DNA of 62,378 bases, counting the filler, from Ionaspis alba (lineage: Eukaryota): assembly GCA_964255285.1 (NCBI GenBank). It is 22 parts of 22 records of this genome, joined end to end, with 100 filler letters (N's around TTAATTAATTAA, not from the genome) between each part and the next. Parts side by side here need not be neighbours in the genome. Positions count along the whole stretch, not along the records: positions 1 to 2,955 come from CAXUUL010001245.1; positions 3,056 to 5,932 come from CAXUUL010001249.1; positions 6,033 to 8,904 come from CAXUUL010001250.1; positions 9,005 to 11,864 come from CAXUUL010001251.1; positions 11,965 to 14,823 come from CAXUUL010001252.1; 17 more parts are not named here. One strand, given 5' to 3'. Shown here one piece after another: positions 1 to 12,359 of the stretch. The notes under the pieces are model-generated. The model was not told the DNA's origin. It did not search any database and saw only the letters and a program-made list of their open reading frames with translations. Both the position numbers and the translations under genes were made by a program. How positions within the stretch are numbered: the first letter of the stretch is position 1; each line of letters starts with the position of its first letter.

Positions 1-1348
1 CTCCCACTCCCACCCCGGCGGCGGTCTCACATCCTCGAAAAACCTCGTCCCCTTCACCCTCTCCCCCGCCACCCGCGCCGGCGCACTCGGCTCCCACGCA
101 CTCGGGCTGAAAATCCACGCTTCCCATTCCGGCGCCGCGACGAAGGTCTCGTACCCGATTCGTCGCTGCAGCTCGAAGATCTCGACTTCGCGCTTCTCCG
201 GTGGCGAGTCCATGATGATGTCACGGGCCATCCAGGCGTCGAGGTAGGAGCGGGCGGTTGTGGTTTTGGGTGAGATGTGGGTTGTGTACAATTTGGGTGT
301 GAGTAGGGCTTGGGTGGTTGGGTGCGTGAAGATGAGACCTGCGTAGCCGGCGATGAGGGCGAGAAGACGCCAGGGGAGGAGGTGCGAGGTTAGGAATAGG
401 AGGAGGGTGGTGATGAAGAGGATGAGGAAGATGGTTGTGGAAAGGGGTTCGTTGGAGAAATTTGTGGAGGGTGTTACGTTTGCAAGGATGCTGTCGTGGA
501 TGGTGGAGAAGTCGTCCATGCTGTTTTGCAGGTCGCGCATGTTGCGGAAGAAATCTTTGGACATTTCGGCGGCAGGCTTGATCGTGCGGGCGGGCGCGAG
601 TGGGGGGCCGCTGAGGGAGTATTGGGGCGTTGGGAGCGGAGAGGGTGGAGGTGGGTGTCGGATTAGGTAGGAGGGGACCAGGAGGAAGAGGAGGGCGATG
701 GCGGGGGGAAGGACCGAGAGGAGGTAGGGGTCGAGGCAGACGAAGGTGTAGACGGCGAGGAGGGAGAGGGTGTGAGAGGTTTTCTTCCAGGTGAGGAGGC
801 GGATTAGGCGGTTTTGGAAGACGAAGACGACGCCAATTCTGTATTGATTGTGAATTAGCGCCTGGACGACTTGTTATGAAGGAGAGGAATCTTGTACCTG
901 GCGTTGAATCGGCGGAAATTGTTGGTCATAAGAGGGAGACTGAAGCCCGGTCGATTGATATATTTCGTCGACCTCATATCGGGCTCATAAGAAAACGGTC
1001 CCAGATCCTCGGACGGGATGACCTGTTGTAGAAGCCTGGAGCGCCGTTTAGCACGCCATTTCTTGAACGAGAGCTTCATCTTCTTGAGCTTCATGTTGGT
1101 GGAAGCAAGCTCACGAACTTTGAGAAGAGCCGGTCCTGCAACGATTGACTTTGCGGTGCAGAGTCGCTCTTGCTACCGCCGTCTGCATCGTGCTGGAATT
1201 TATCCTTCAGCCTGGAAGCCGATAGCGACTTCTTCAGCCTCTCGCGTTTGCTTTCGCTGTCAGATGACACGACGTCGCTGCCTGGGGCGAGCAGGACGGG
1301 CAGAGGTTCTTTGCGGTTGGCAACGCTGTCGGAGTTGTGGTCGGCCAT
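1..1348 (-). CDS. Pex24/Pex28/Pex29-family integral peroxisomal membrane peroxin, 3'-truncated
   Basis: ATG 1348; GT-AG introns 1036-1118 and 839-897. Spliced product reads LQDRLFSK|LLQQVIP...RPGFSLPLMTNNFRRFNAR|IGVVFVFQNRLIRLLTW...KDFFRNMRDLQNSMDDF...EIFELQR...FFEDVRPPPGWEW, matching the Pex24p domain. Runs off the window start. Confidence 0.85.
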
Positions 1349-1949
1349 GCTGGTTGGGTTGAGGGAAGTTTGTCACATGGGCGGTACTGTTTGCCTCGTA
1401 CGGATGCTTGGACGAGGCATCTGCAAAGCTACGTAGTAGCTGTCATGTTCTCTTGCAAGTCAAGGCAATGGTGGGATATTCTTATGGATTCCCATCCAAA
1501 AGTGGAATGTGACGCTGCCAAGCGAGGCAAGGCTGTTTCTTCACGGCCATCCTCTTACATGTGAAGACTGATTATTTTGGGTCCATTGCTCCCACGGTCA
1601 TGAGATACATACAATATACTTGAATTCCATGAGGAACTGCCCTATCTACTTCAGCAACTGTCGTGTGATAGTTGTTCTCAACCGAGGCAGACCGCGGAGT
1701 ATTCGCATGCCCGTCTCAAGACGTAATTACAGTCAGTATCTGCTGGAATATACTATTGCTGATCCGCGCCTTCGATTACCATCCTTGTCCCTTTGGCTGT
1801 ACTGTCTCGTCCACTCACGCTTCCATTAAGTCACAAAGTATCGACCTTCACACTCACCTCTTTGTATCCCATATGTTACTCAGTAACCTTAGATCCCGTC
1901 TCTTCGTCTCTTATTTTCTCCCCCGATATGCTCTCTTTGCTTCCAAATC

Positions 1950-2955
1950 TTAATGGCACTCCTTGGCCACATTCTCCATTGCCTTCACATACTCCTCTAC
2001 CTCCTTCGCCCCCTCGAGCGTGAAGTCCCTTCGTTTGCCCTCAATGGCTACATGCGGGACGCTATCAATTCCATTCCCTGCTTGCTCTCGGATCAACATC
2101 TTCACATCCATCAAGCCCTCGCTCTCATCCTCAATGAAAGCTTTCGCCTCCACCTCAGGAATTCCAGCCTCTTTTGTGGCTTTCAGCAGCGTCTCGCCGG
2201 ATGATGGGTGCAGCGCTTGCTCGAAATATTGAGAGTACAGTGCTATTGGTCAACTTAGTCTCAGTACCTCTTTCTACTGTTTCAACGACAACGAAAATTC
2301 AAGGGCAACGCCTTCCAAACGCTGACTTGGCAGGAAGAGCAGTCATACAGTTGACCAGTTTATCAGCAACTTCAGGCCCCTTCTCTTCCTGGAAGTGCTG
2401 GATCACGCGATGTGCTTGCAAAGTGTTCGCCACTGTACCATCAAAGTGAAAGTCGATGCCAGCCGAGGTGCCGTACGCGGACATAAGGGTAGTATACATT
2501 TTCATTTTCTCGTCTGAGTTGCCGTATTTGGACTTCTTGTACCTAGATGAGAGAAGATCATACCAAATATCAGAATAAATGAGAGAATGAGCTAGGATCT
2601 CGGGTTGAGGAGCGGAAAGTATAGAGGAAGAGACTGGGGAGGAGGATTGAGCGCTACCATTCATATTTGTCTTCGCCTTCTTGACTAGCTTCAGGGTAGA
2701 GTTGATATGGGAGGAACTTGATGGTGAATGAAACATCTTTAGAGGCTGGACCATCTCGAAATTGGCGGAGCGCTAGGATGGCTTCAGCATATGAACGTTG
2801 GAGGTAGCTCTGGTATTCAGTAACGTAGTAAGTAGTATCAAAGATCAAGAGAAAGATTTAGGCATACCCTCATCAAGCCTGTATCATTGTTTCTTTGTGA
2901 GTCGAGTAGATCTAATCGTACAGCCATTCAATCTTACCTCTTCTTTGCGAGATAC
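1950..2955 (-). CDS. DSBA-like thioredoxin-domain protein (FrnE/2-hydroxychromene-2-carboxylate isomerase-like), 5'-truncated
   Basis: Exons 2955-2938, 2878-2868, 2781-2658, 2542-2349 and 2242-1950 join in frame: YLAKKR|LDE|AILA...FLPYQLYP...GIDFHFDGTVANTLQAHRVI...GIDSVPHVAIEG...LEGAKEVEEY. The CPW motif region would lie beyond the contig end. Confidence 0.85.
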
Positions 2956-3055
2956 NNNNNNNNNNNNNNNNNNNNNNNNNNNNNNNNNNNNNNNNNNNNT
3001 TAATTAATTAANNNNNNNNNNNNNNNNNNNNNNNNNNNNNNNNNNNNNNNNNNNN
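2956..3055. other. Artificial contig linker N44-TTAATTAATTAA-N44 (first of 21)
   Basis: Identical 100-nt spacer with stops in all six frames. It recurs at 5933, 8905, 11865, 14824, 17775, 20680, 23576, 26469, 29339, 32206, 35065, 37880, 40681, 43481, 46276, 49066, 51853, 54570, 57243 and 59825. Contig lengths between linkers decrease monotonically (2877, 2872, 2860 ... 2482). Confidence 0.99.
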
Positions 3056-4335
3056 TATTCGGGAATTTTTTCTCACGACTGTGCCACAATACATTCAGTG
3101 AGGGGAAGATCGATTGCATCATGCCCTTTCCAAGCGAAAGAGTTTCTACCGTTCGACCTCATTCACGATTCGAATTTCACTTATTGCCCTGACACGTTCC
3201 TAGGGCTTCCTTTGCTCTTTGCCGGTAGAATCTACTTCTAATTCGAGCGGGGCTTGACCGAGGCGGGTGCAATCTCCGGCATACTGCGACGCTTGTTGTG
3301 TACACTGTTGGGGTGTTTTGGAGATTGCGAAAAAAACTTTGGTGATGGAGCTTTTGTATAGGGCTCAGTTCTTTCTAATGTATGTTACATAATTTGATGC
3401 TTATTGAAAATTCGGAGATGATGTCCATGTGTCGTCGTCCAAAGCCTTCCACTAGTGAAAGAATATGTATTTAGGAATACCATGGTGATTGCCGCATCAA
3501 CGCTGCCAAGTCGTCGGCGAGGGACGTCGTCAACTTGGGGTGTATTGCAAGGCCCGCCAGGTCTGGGATTAGAAGGTTCCTGGCTTGCCGGTAGGCGGCG
3601 CGGCTTTGTCGCATGCAGCCCTGTTACCACTTGAACTTCGAAGATGGTGTAGTTTCGATGCCGCTTATCTATATGAACGCGATGATTCACATTCCGTGAA
3701 AAACGTCTGCCAAGCCCGCGCTGAAACTATCATTCCAAAGGTCATCTAACCCCAAATCCCGGTTCATTCCTTCTATCCAAGCTTTCTAATTTGTTCTCAT
3801 CCTTCTTGCTCAAACTTTATTCACCTTTATTGTTTCCTTATTCTACACCTACATAGCGAATATAGCTACCTTATGGCTTCCTCAGCCAATAGAGAACCCA
3901 GCTCCAATTGAACCCTGGAAATGTCCAATTGAAGCTGGAGAATATTTCAAATCCAAAGCTCATTCATAATCGAATCCGCATGGTTTAGAGCTGGTATAGA
4001 AAAACCAAAACTATTCGGTTTGATTTTATCATGAAGTACTAAGTGGCCTGGATCTGGAAGGGTTATTGGATATAGACGACAATCTTCTGACAAATGTTAA
4101 AATGCCGCGGCTAATAGTACACTTCCTCTTAACTTCTTCACAATCACCCAAAGACCCTGGAATGCGAAAATCTCCAAGGTATTGCATTTTTACGCATTAG
4201 AGAACACTACAGTTTCCACATATGCATGGAATCTACTATACTTAGAGGCTTAGAAGTGCTATGTAAAGACGGTACATTAAGCGAGTAACCGCCAGAGTCA
4301 GTTCCGCAACGGCTGAAATATCCGATTTGACTCCG

Positions 4336-5000
4336 CTAGCGCCCCTCAATGTTCGCAGCCACGATATCGTGGAAAGTCTGGTCGATTGTTAGCATCAATT
4401 TGTTTAGCCAGAACATCCCTAATAGAGCGAGTATACCATGGTGTAAGCCGCCGCCTCTAATCTTAGCAATAGAGGAATTGCCTTCTTGTATGCTTCTGTC
4501 TCGGTCGAGCTCTTGAAATCATCCCTGCTTCTCCATCCGCGAACAAGAACAAAGCACCTAGCTTTTTCCTCTGACACACCCACGTGTTTCACCTCCCCTT
4601 CCATCCAACCATACGAGCAGCCGATGTTCCCCACAGCCTGCGACAAGAACGTCTCATTGAACTGCAAGAAGGCTGCTTGGACATCTTCCTGAAACTGGGA
4701 CGTAACGCGTGAGGAGGGGAAGTAGTTTCGAACCATCTCCACAACATTGGCGGATGCTGTTTCCCCAGGTTGCCAAGGAGAGCAGTGAAAGGTTATACGT
4801 GAGGGTTGACCGGAGGCCAAGGAGGTGATTGCTGATGGCAGTGCGCTCTCGGATAAAACATGGATTTGAGCAGGCTCGGACTCCGCTCTGATTAACATAA
4901 AGGGTTGAGTAGAACTTTGTAGGGTATGTTGTAGGTGATGAGCTGCCTCTGGGAACATAGCAGCGTCGATATCAAACGCTGTGATCTCGACGGTTGACAT
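4336..5000 (-). CDS. ABM (antibiotic biosynthesis monooxygenase)-like dimeric alpha-beta barrel protein
   Basis: ORF from ATG 5000 plus intron 4378-4436 (GTATAC...CTAAC...CAG) and last exon TFHDIVAANIEGR*. The motif GWMEGE...CFVLVRGWRSRDDFKSS..TEAYKKAIPLL is typical of fungal ABM-domain proteins. Confidence 0.6.
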
Positions 5001-6032
5001 TGCGAATAATCAATAGATAAAATAAATGATTCTTTGGAAATATCGTCATTGAATGGACTCATGTACAAGCACGAGGGCAACTCGGACTCCTTTAAGCAGC
5101 GTAATGAATCTCACTTCTCTAATGTAGATTCTGGGCTTCTCGTCAGGCTTTAAAAGTGATCCGGGGATTTGGTTGTCGGACTTCTATTAGAAATCCGTAC
5201 TCCGAACGGACTCCGAGCGGACTCAGTTTTTCCGTAAATCCCGTCGAACTCCGATTTACGAGAGTCAGTTGCTTAACCACGAGTTAATATTATAGGAACT
5301 GTATCTCCACACGGGGTTTCTTTTTCGATTGACTGAAAGGACTTCAAAGAATTGTGTCAACATTCAGAGTCCCGACATTACGATCTTTTGCATATCCTTC
5401 AATCCACACAATTGGACAAAAAGGACATCAAATACATAAATACACGATGCACACCCAAGATGCAGGAGTCATTGGTTCAATGTACCTGAAGAAATAGAAT
5501 ATCCAAAGATTGGACTCGCGCTTCGGCAACATCATTCATTCATATGATAAGCCGGGCTCCAGATTCGACGGGAAATGCTGCTGGCCTCGGCTCCGGCGTC
5601 TCGCCGCGAGACAGGCACGTTGACACCTTCCTCTCAATGGTCTTTCTGCAATGCAAATATCCTCGATCCAAGAATTCCATTAGCATATACGTACATCACG
5701 TGCTAGATCATTGTGAACTGTTTCTGGACGTTGCGCTGACCGAGCCTCATTCCGTAGGGTCATGTTTAATCTCCGGCTGATAATTTCCTTTACCTCGGCA
5801 TAATTCATCCACTTTCACCAACATGCTGAAAAATACTGCAAGCACAAGTATCTTTGAGTTCGCCAAAGCCAATCTCGAGCGCAATCTCACCATCACGCCC
5901 CACACGTCACCCACCAACGGCTGCGGCTTTTCNNNNNNNNNNNNNNNNNNNNNNNNNNNNNNNNNNNNNNNNNNNNTTAATTAATTAANNNNNNNNNNNN
6001 NNNNNNNNNNNNNNNNNNNNNNNNNNNNNNNN

Positions 6033-8733
6033 ATCCCGCACCCCCCAGTACCTCACTCGCGCCACTAACGCCCCTAACCCTCTCCTCCGCACTACCCGCT
6101 CCCAACCTCCCGGCCACATACGCTCTCAACTTCCCCACCAGAACCTTCATAACCGGATGGGCGACCTCCTCCGGCCTCCTCGCCTCGCTCAGCACGCGCT
6201 CGATAGTGCCTGCCAGGGAAGTCTTGGTAGAGGGCGGAAGAGCGTGTGCGGCTTCGATGATGGAGAGGTAGGCGGTGCTGTCCGTGTAGGCAGTGCTGTC
6301 AGGGAGGGCGAGCATGCGGAGGGCTTCGGCGCGCCAGAGAGAGCGGACGTCGCGCTTGAGGAGGTTTTTGGCGGTTAGAAGGATGGTGCTTGTCGTGACG
6401 GTGCGGAGGACTTCGGCGCGGATGCGGGTTATGCGGGCGGTGTCGAGGGAGAGGGTTTCGGGGATTGTGGATGGAGGGTGTGGGGCGAGGGCGATGAAGA
6501 GGTCGGTTAGGGCTTGGGTGTAGATTTTTTCTGGCAGTGGGTTAGGTTGTGGAGAGTTGGAGGATGGGGAGGGAGAAGCGCGCCTGGGAGAGGACGCTAA
6601 GAGCTTGGTTCGGGCTTGGCGCCACCAGGTGGTGGTGAGGGGGAGGTGGCCTGTTGGGTGGTCGTCGTTGAAGTGCTTGCATTCGTAGTCCGAGGCGCTT
6701 TCGATGAGTTTCGGTGCGGCCATTAGGAGGAGCCAGTTGGCGTGGTCGAGGAAGAGGAGGGAGAGGACGCGGAAGGTGTGGGCGAGGCGGGCGATGAAAT
6801 CGGGGTTGCGGTCTAAGGCTAAGGCTTTGACGTCGGCGTCGCGGGAAGGCGAGCATAGTTTGGGGAGGATGGTGTTCACGAATGAGAAGAATTTCTCGTA
6901 GGAGAAGTTGCCGGCTTTGACTTGGTTCTCGATGACTTTCGAGTCTAGGGACTCGGAGATGAGGACGTGAAGGGAGTTCCCGGGCGTGAGTAGTTGCAGG
7001 AGCCTATCGCGGACAATGTCGGCCATGGAAAGAATCCATTGGTCACCGACGCCGGCTTGGATATCTGCTCGCATGCTGTCGAAGACTGCCTGGTTGTGCT
7101 TGGCATTAGTCTCCGTAATTGCTGGACTGACTTCGATGCGCCAGTCTTTGCTAATGGCTAATTCGTGGACGACGACACGATTTTCCGGCATAGGGCTAAT
7201 GACTTTCCTCAGCTCACTAGCTTGTCGAGAAGATGATCTCGGAGGGGAGTCTAGCACATGGTGTCCAGATACACTGCTGGAGGATGCCTCGAGAGCACCA
7301 GAGGTTTCTCGAGGTCTGGTATCTCCTGCAGCCTTGCGCTTTGCTTGCTCCCTTCGTCTCGCTCGCACAGCATCCCTGACTAACTTCAAGGCCTTCTCAT
7401 TGCCGGCCAGTCTTTTCAGCCGAACGAGCAACATTGTTTGATTTTGTCGGATGCCTTCGTTGTAGTCGTCTGCGACACCACCCAGTGTGTCATTCTTGAC
7501 CGTCTGCCAAATGTTATCCAGCTCAACAAATTGTGCGACCATAGTGTCAATCAAAATGGAAGCATCGTGATTCTTCCAAGCTGTCATGGCAGCTCTGAAA
7601 GCATTGAATGACTCAAGGAGGGCAGCAAGTTGAATAACCGAGGGAGAGAAAGTCTTTCCCGGTTGATAAGTCGACAGTACGACTTCGAATGACAGGAGAA
7701 GATTTTTGGCTTTTCTGCTCAGATCCTGCTCCTGTTCTCCGTCTGCATTGAGTACGGATTCTGGAATCCCAAGGATGAGCAAAGTGGAGAGGAACACTCG
7801 AACAGCGGTATGCTCGCCAAGGCCACCTCCTTCAGCGTCTTGAAGTCCACATAGCTGCAATATTCCGGCTGTAGCAGATAGAACCTTCTCCGAGCCCAGC
7901 AGAGTTGAGACTTCATCGAAACTTGAATTCTTTATCTGCTCAACATCGAGACCTAGTTGAAGGTAATCCGACACAATCTGTCTTCGATTCCGATTCCGCC
8001 ACGCTTTCTGTATCATCCTTGCTGCGGCTTCGTCGGTCCTCGGTTTCCAATTCTGAACGGAAGCACTCTTCTCTTCTACCGAAGGTAAAGTAGCCACTCT
8101 GTTCCGTCTTAGATTCTGTTTATATAATATTCTTCGCCGCTCTACATCTGCAAGTTTCTCCTCCATATTACCCTTCAGCTTCAAATGCTCCGCAGCCTTC
8201 CTCTCTTTCATCTCTTCTGCCACCTTCTTGGCTCGCTTGACCTCCTCTGCACAATTGGCTGCCACTTGTGCCAAGTATCTCTCACGGGCTTGTTGAGCAG
8301 CCATGGCTCGATCTTCTCGAGTAGTGGACATTCTTGGAGCAGCTTTAGCCAGCGCTGCACGCAGTCTGACCTTTTCAGCATGCGCAGCTTTGTCTGCCAA
8401 TCTTGCTTTTCGACTCTCTATTATAGAGGCACGTCGTAGATGTTGGGCAATATGTGTGCTATAGGGTCCACCATGGGCAGACCGGTTGCTTCTGTTCGAG
8501 TGCAGGGAAGAGAGTGAATTTCGCCTCGAGGAAGCAGCTGACGATTTTCGGCGAGCTGCGGAGGGACGACAGAAGCGGGCAGCGATGTGGGCAGGAATGG
8601 AGTATGCATTTGACGATTCGTTATCAGAAAACATCGTAACGTCTTGAGTGTCTTGAGTGTCTTGGTAGAATGTATTGTTTGAGGACTCCGGATCCAGGTT
8701 GTCGAGGTGGGGTGGTAGTGACTGTTGGCGCAT
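6033..8733 (-). CDS. Tcp11/SOK1-family protein with IQ motif, 3'-truncated
   Basis: About 900-codon intronless ORF with an N-terminal coiled coil, IQ motif AARMIQKAWR, and Tcp11-like segments (NRVVVHELAI, LPKLCSPSRD, IPETLSLD). Confidence 0.85.
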
Positions 8734-9004
8734 GATGTCTTTGCTGTTTGCGGTGAATGCACCGTCTTTCTAGCAGTCGAATGCACGAACAAACTGAGAA
8801 GCCAATAGAACCCAAGGTTCCCTACTGACAAGTTGTATTTAAAGTATATCTAAAGTGCTGTGTTGTTCTCCGTTTGCGGAAACCGTTGTGGTTGACAATA
8901 AGGCNNNNNNNNNNNNNNNNNNNNNNNNNNNNNNNNNNNNNNNNNNNNTTAATTAATTAANNNNNNNNNNNNNNNNNNNNNNNNNNNNNNNNNNNNNNNN
9001 NNNN

Positions 9005-9146
9005 GGTTGAGGCGCTGGATGCTGAGGCTGGTGGGGGAGAGGAGAATGGGAGGGGAGGTCTGGGAATGGGGAAGGAGATTGAGGGAGGTAGGGTGTTTGT
9101 TACTAAGCATGAGGTGCTGATGTTGAGGAGGTTGATGGGTGGGTGA
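9005..9146 (+). CDS. 3' end of an unidentified gene (fragment)
   Basis: Open frame from the contig start, VEALDAEAGGGEENGRGGLGMGKEIEGGRVFVTKHEVLMLRRLMGG*, with the G/T-rich composition seen at other 3' gene ends here. Confidence 0.4.
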
Positions 9147-10728
9147 ACTCGGTGGATGGAGGTGGTGAGAAGAGGGAGTCGGGGTCTTGAAAGTGGCTTT
9201 TGGATTGCGTGCTTACTTGATAGGGGGATTCGTTCTTGATTTTAGATTCTGGAGAATGCTATCCCAGTGATTTACTGAGAAGAACGTGACAAGGCAGTGG
9301 TTGTTTCTATTCACTGGATTACGTAGCTATTTGTTTACGTACCACCACCGTGCTTCTATCAAGTGCACAGATCAATCAGCATGTCCATCTTTTCCCTGCT
9401 GGCAGTCGCACGAACTCGGACTTGATGTGTGGCTGGGGCCTTGACTGCGCCACGGCTAGCCCTTTCCCTGCATTTTCGAGTTGCACAATCAAGACACTCC
9501 GACGATTCCCCAAAGTTTCTGACTGTCGAATCGGAAGTGGAAACCAGGAAGGTGTGCAATTACGGAAAGGGTTGGATCTTGCTGCTTCCCAAGTGACGAG
9601 ATGCTGAGAGGTACAGGTGGGCCGGATTCCGAGCTGGCGTGCTTGTGGCAGGAAGTATCATTTGTGGGTATAGCTGGCTTAGGGACACCAGCAACGAAGG
9701 TGTATTGATTGAACCGCTGTTTCCCCAATTCAACAGAAGCTTGCTTGTTGCATTTTCGAGACCAAGAACATCCTCACCGTGATCTCGCAATCTTTGACGA
9801 TGATGTTGAATCTCCAATTCCTTGTTCCAACCATGGACTACTGTTACCTAGACAGGCAGTGCACAACAGTTTGATTGCCCTCATCTCACTGCTCTTTGAT
9901 AACAACCAAGGCACAATAGCCCCCGCAAGCCACCTTTGGGCCATGCTTTCTCTGTATGTACGATGGTCCCAGACCAGCATAGTGGCCGTTAGGAAAGGCA
10001 AAAAGCATGTTGCAGATAGGGCATGCGCATAAGTTAGTTGGTGTAGGTTGGTGGGAAAAGCTTATGAGTCCAGAAGGTTCTTCCCACTGCGTGCTGCCCG
10101 AAGCCAACCAATGGTGTCGCTGTTCATGGGATAATGCAAAACCTGTTCCTGCGGGGGGCCGAGATGGATCGAGGCCATCGCGTGGGTGTCAAACCTTGGG
10201 AGACGGGGACATACCACCCGGGGATGGACTGGATGGATGGGGAGCATGGGGAGGGATGCAGAGGGGACCGATCATCCTGGTTGATTGTGGCTTGCACCTT
10301 TTTCGCTGTCGCCTCTCCACTTTCTTCGTCTTGCCTTGTCCTTGCGCTGTCTCTACGATCTGCTCTTCCCCTCTGAGTATCATTTGCTCTTTTCATCGCA
10401 CGACATCTTCACGTTCGTTACCTTTTACTCTATATATATGATACATATTGTTCCGATTGGAAGAGTTGTTGATCCTCTGCCCTTCATTCAATTGAATGGA
10501 GATCATGGAGCCTTATCGAGTGAAAAGAGCTTCGCTGATGCCCGAAGATGCCATGATCGTGAACCGGTACTTTCGCTCCCCCTTATAGTCATTCCGTAAT
10601 CCATTTAGGAACTACAGACTGACGAAGGAATTTCTCAAAGACATGCAGGACAGGTCTACGATCCCGCAATCCAGGGCTATAGGCCACAGCGAACGTCTCT
10701 GCCAAACGTAAATGGGAATGGCCCGATT

Positions 10729-11864
10729 GTGTGGAATTCCGACTCGAGATATCTTCTCTCGGAAGCATATCCGGAATCGCGGAGATCATCTGTCTCTTCG
10801 TATGGAAGTTTCAGCTCTGCTCAATCGACCTACTCGATGGCACCAACATCGGCTACGTCAATTGGTTCGAGGAGATCATCCTTCACGATCCAGCAGCGGT
10901 CGCGCTCGACGCTTCCACCGCCACCAGTCTTCAAAAGACTGCCATTCGAGATCTACGAGTGCATCTTGCGACAATTGAGAATATCGCATCTGGGTCCCAA
11001 TAGCCAGAGCTGCGATACGTGCTATCTGAGGGATCTCTTCAATCTTGCTCTGGTTAGCAGGCCATGGGACAGAGCTGTGCGTGCTCAGCTGTAAGTTCTG
11101 ACGATTACCAAAAAGATATATGAAAATAGGCTGAATGTCGAATTACAGGTATGACCGGATACACATCGTTGGGCAAGACTCCCCGGCGCAGGTCAAGAAA
11201 TACAAGATGAAGACAGGCGTCCGCTTAAAGTTGCTGAGACGAACCCTACGCGAACGACGACTCCTGGCGAACCTGGTTCGCGAACTGAAAGTCCCCAATC
11301 TTCTTCTGGAAGGTCAAACTTTCAGCACCGAAACCATCGATCTTGTCGCCTCGGTTGTGATGGCATGTCCGAATCTGGAGAGACTGATTGGCTTCCACCC
11401 AACCTACAACCACACCTTCGACCGCCTCACGCACGCACTCTCAACCCGCAAGAACCTCAAAGAGCACGTCTGGATCATCGGCGAAAACGCCGACATCACC
11501 GCCCGGTCTCAAGTCCAGCTCCCACCTGGCCTCATGGACCGCGAGCAAGCCGAATCCTTCCTAGAATACCACGAACGCTGGCGCCACCTTGAAACCCTCT
11601 TCCTGCACTCCCTGCCCAACGCCATCCTCGAACACGACATCATAACCACGACCCTCTCCTACCTCCCCAACCTCCAACACTTAACGCTCTCCTCCTTCGA
11701 CCCCGACGACTTCAACGACTCAACACTCGCGCACCTGCCTCCCCTCCTCTCCCTCCGCCTCGAAAACCTAACGGGCCTAACCGACTCGGGTCTCTCCCGC
11801 CTCGCCTCCTCCTCAAGCGCCCGCTCCTTAACTTCCCTCTCCCTCCTCCACCTCCCCCTAACCT
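10729..11864 (+). CDS. F-box / leucine-rich-repeat (RNI-like) protein, 3'-truncated
   Basis: F-box-like FKRLPFEIYECILRQL...DLFNLALVSRPW. Intron 11091-11148 (GTAAGT...CAG) joins AQL|YDRI in frame. C-terminal LRR-like repeats (LPNLQHLTLS, LLSLRLENL). Confidence 0.8.
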
Positions 11865-12359
11865 NNNNNNNNNNNNNNNNNNNNNNNNNNNNNNNNNNNN
11901 NNNNNNNNTTAATTAATTAANNNNNNNNNNNNNNNNNNNNNNNNNNNNNNNNNNNNNNNNNNNNTTTCAGTATTAAAAACTATATTATCATTGCAGCTAC
12001 TCGCACGTTAACAAAGGTCGAGGGTCGAGCTGGTGGGGACATTTAGGGGTGAGCCTATCTGAGCGCTCGCTAAACAACTACGGGAACTGCATAGCTTGGT
12101 ATTCTGTAATCCGGCTAATTGTGCCTACGTACTTCGTCAGACCGTTGCAGGCTTGGGGTAACAATTACGCTCCATATAGCATGGTGCTCACGACCCATTT
12201 GCTTGCCCAATACATTCAATCGTAGTCTAAAAATATCGACCTAACGATCAGTAGTGAAGATTTTCCTCCTCGCTCACTTGATACGGATTCATAGTAGACG
12301 ATGGGAACCGGCAGCTACACCCCGTACTTCTCCACAGAGGCGGGTTGAGAAACCGAACT

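Noticed and set aside
3056..4330. Transposon relic or RIP-mutated element; also an imperfect hairpin at about 3898-3938
   Set aside because: Somewhat AT-rich, but I could not identify transposase or RT motifs, terminal repeats or target-site duplications. The hairpin is short and imperfect.
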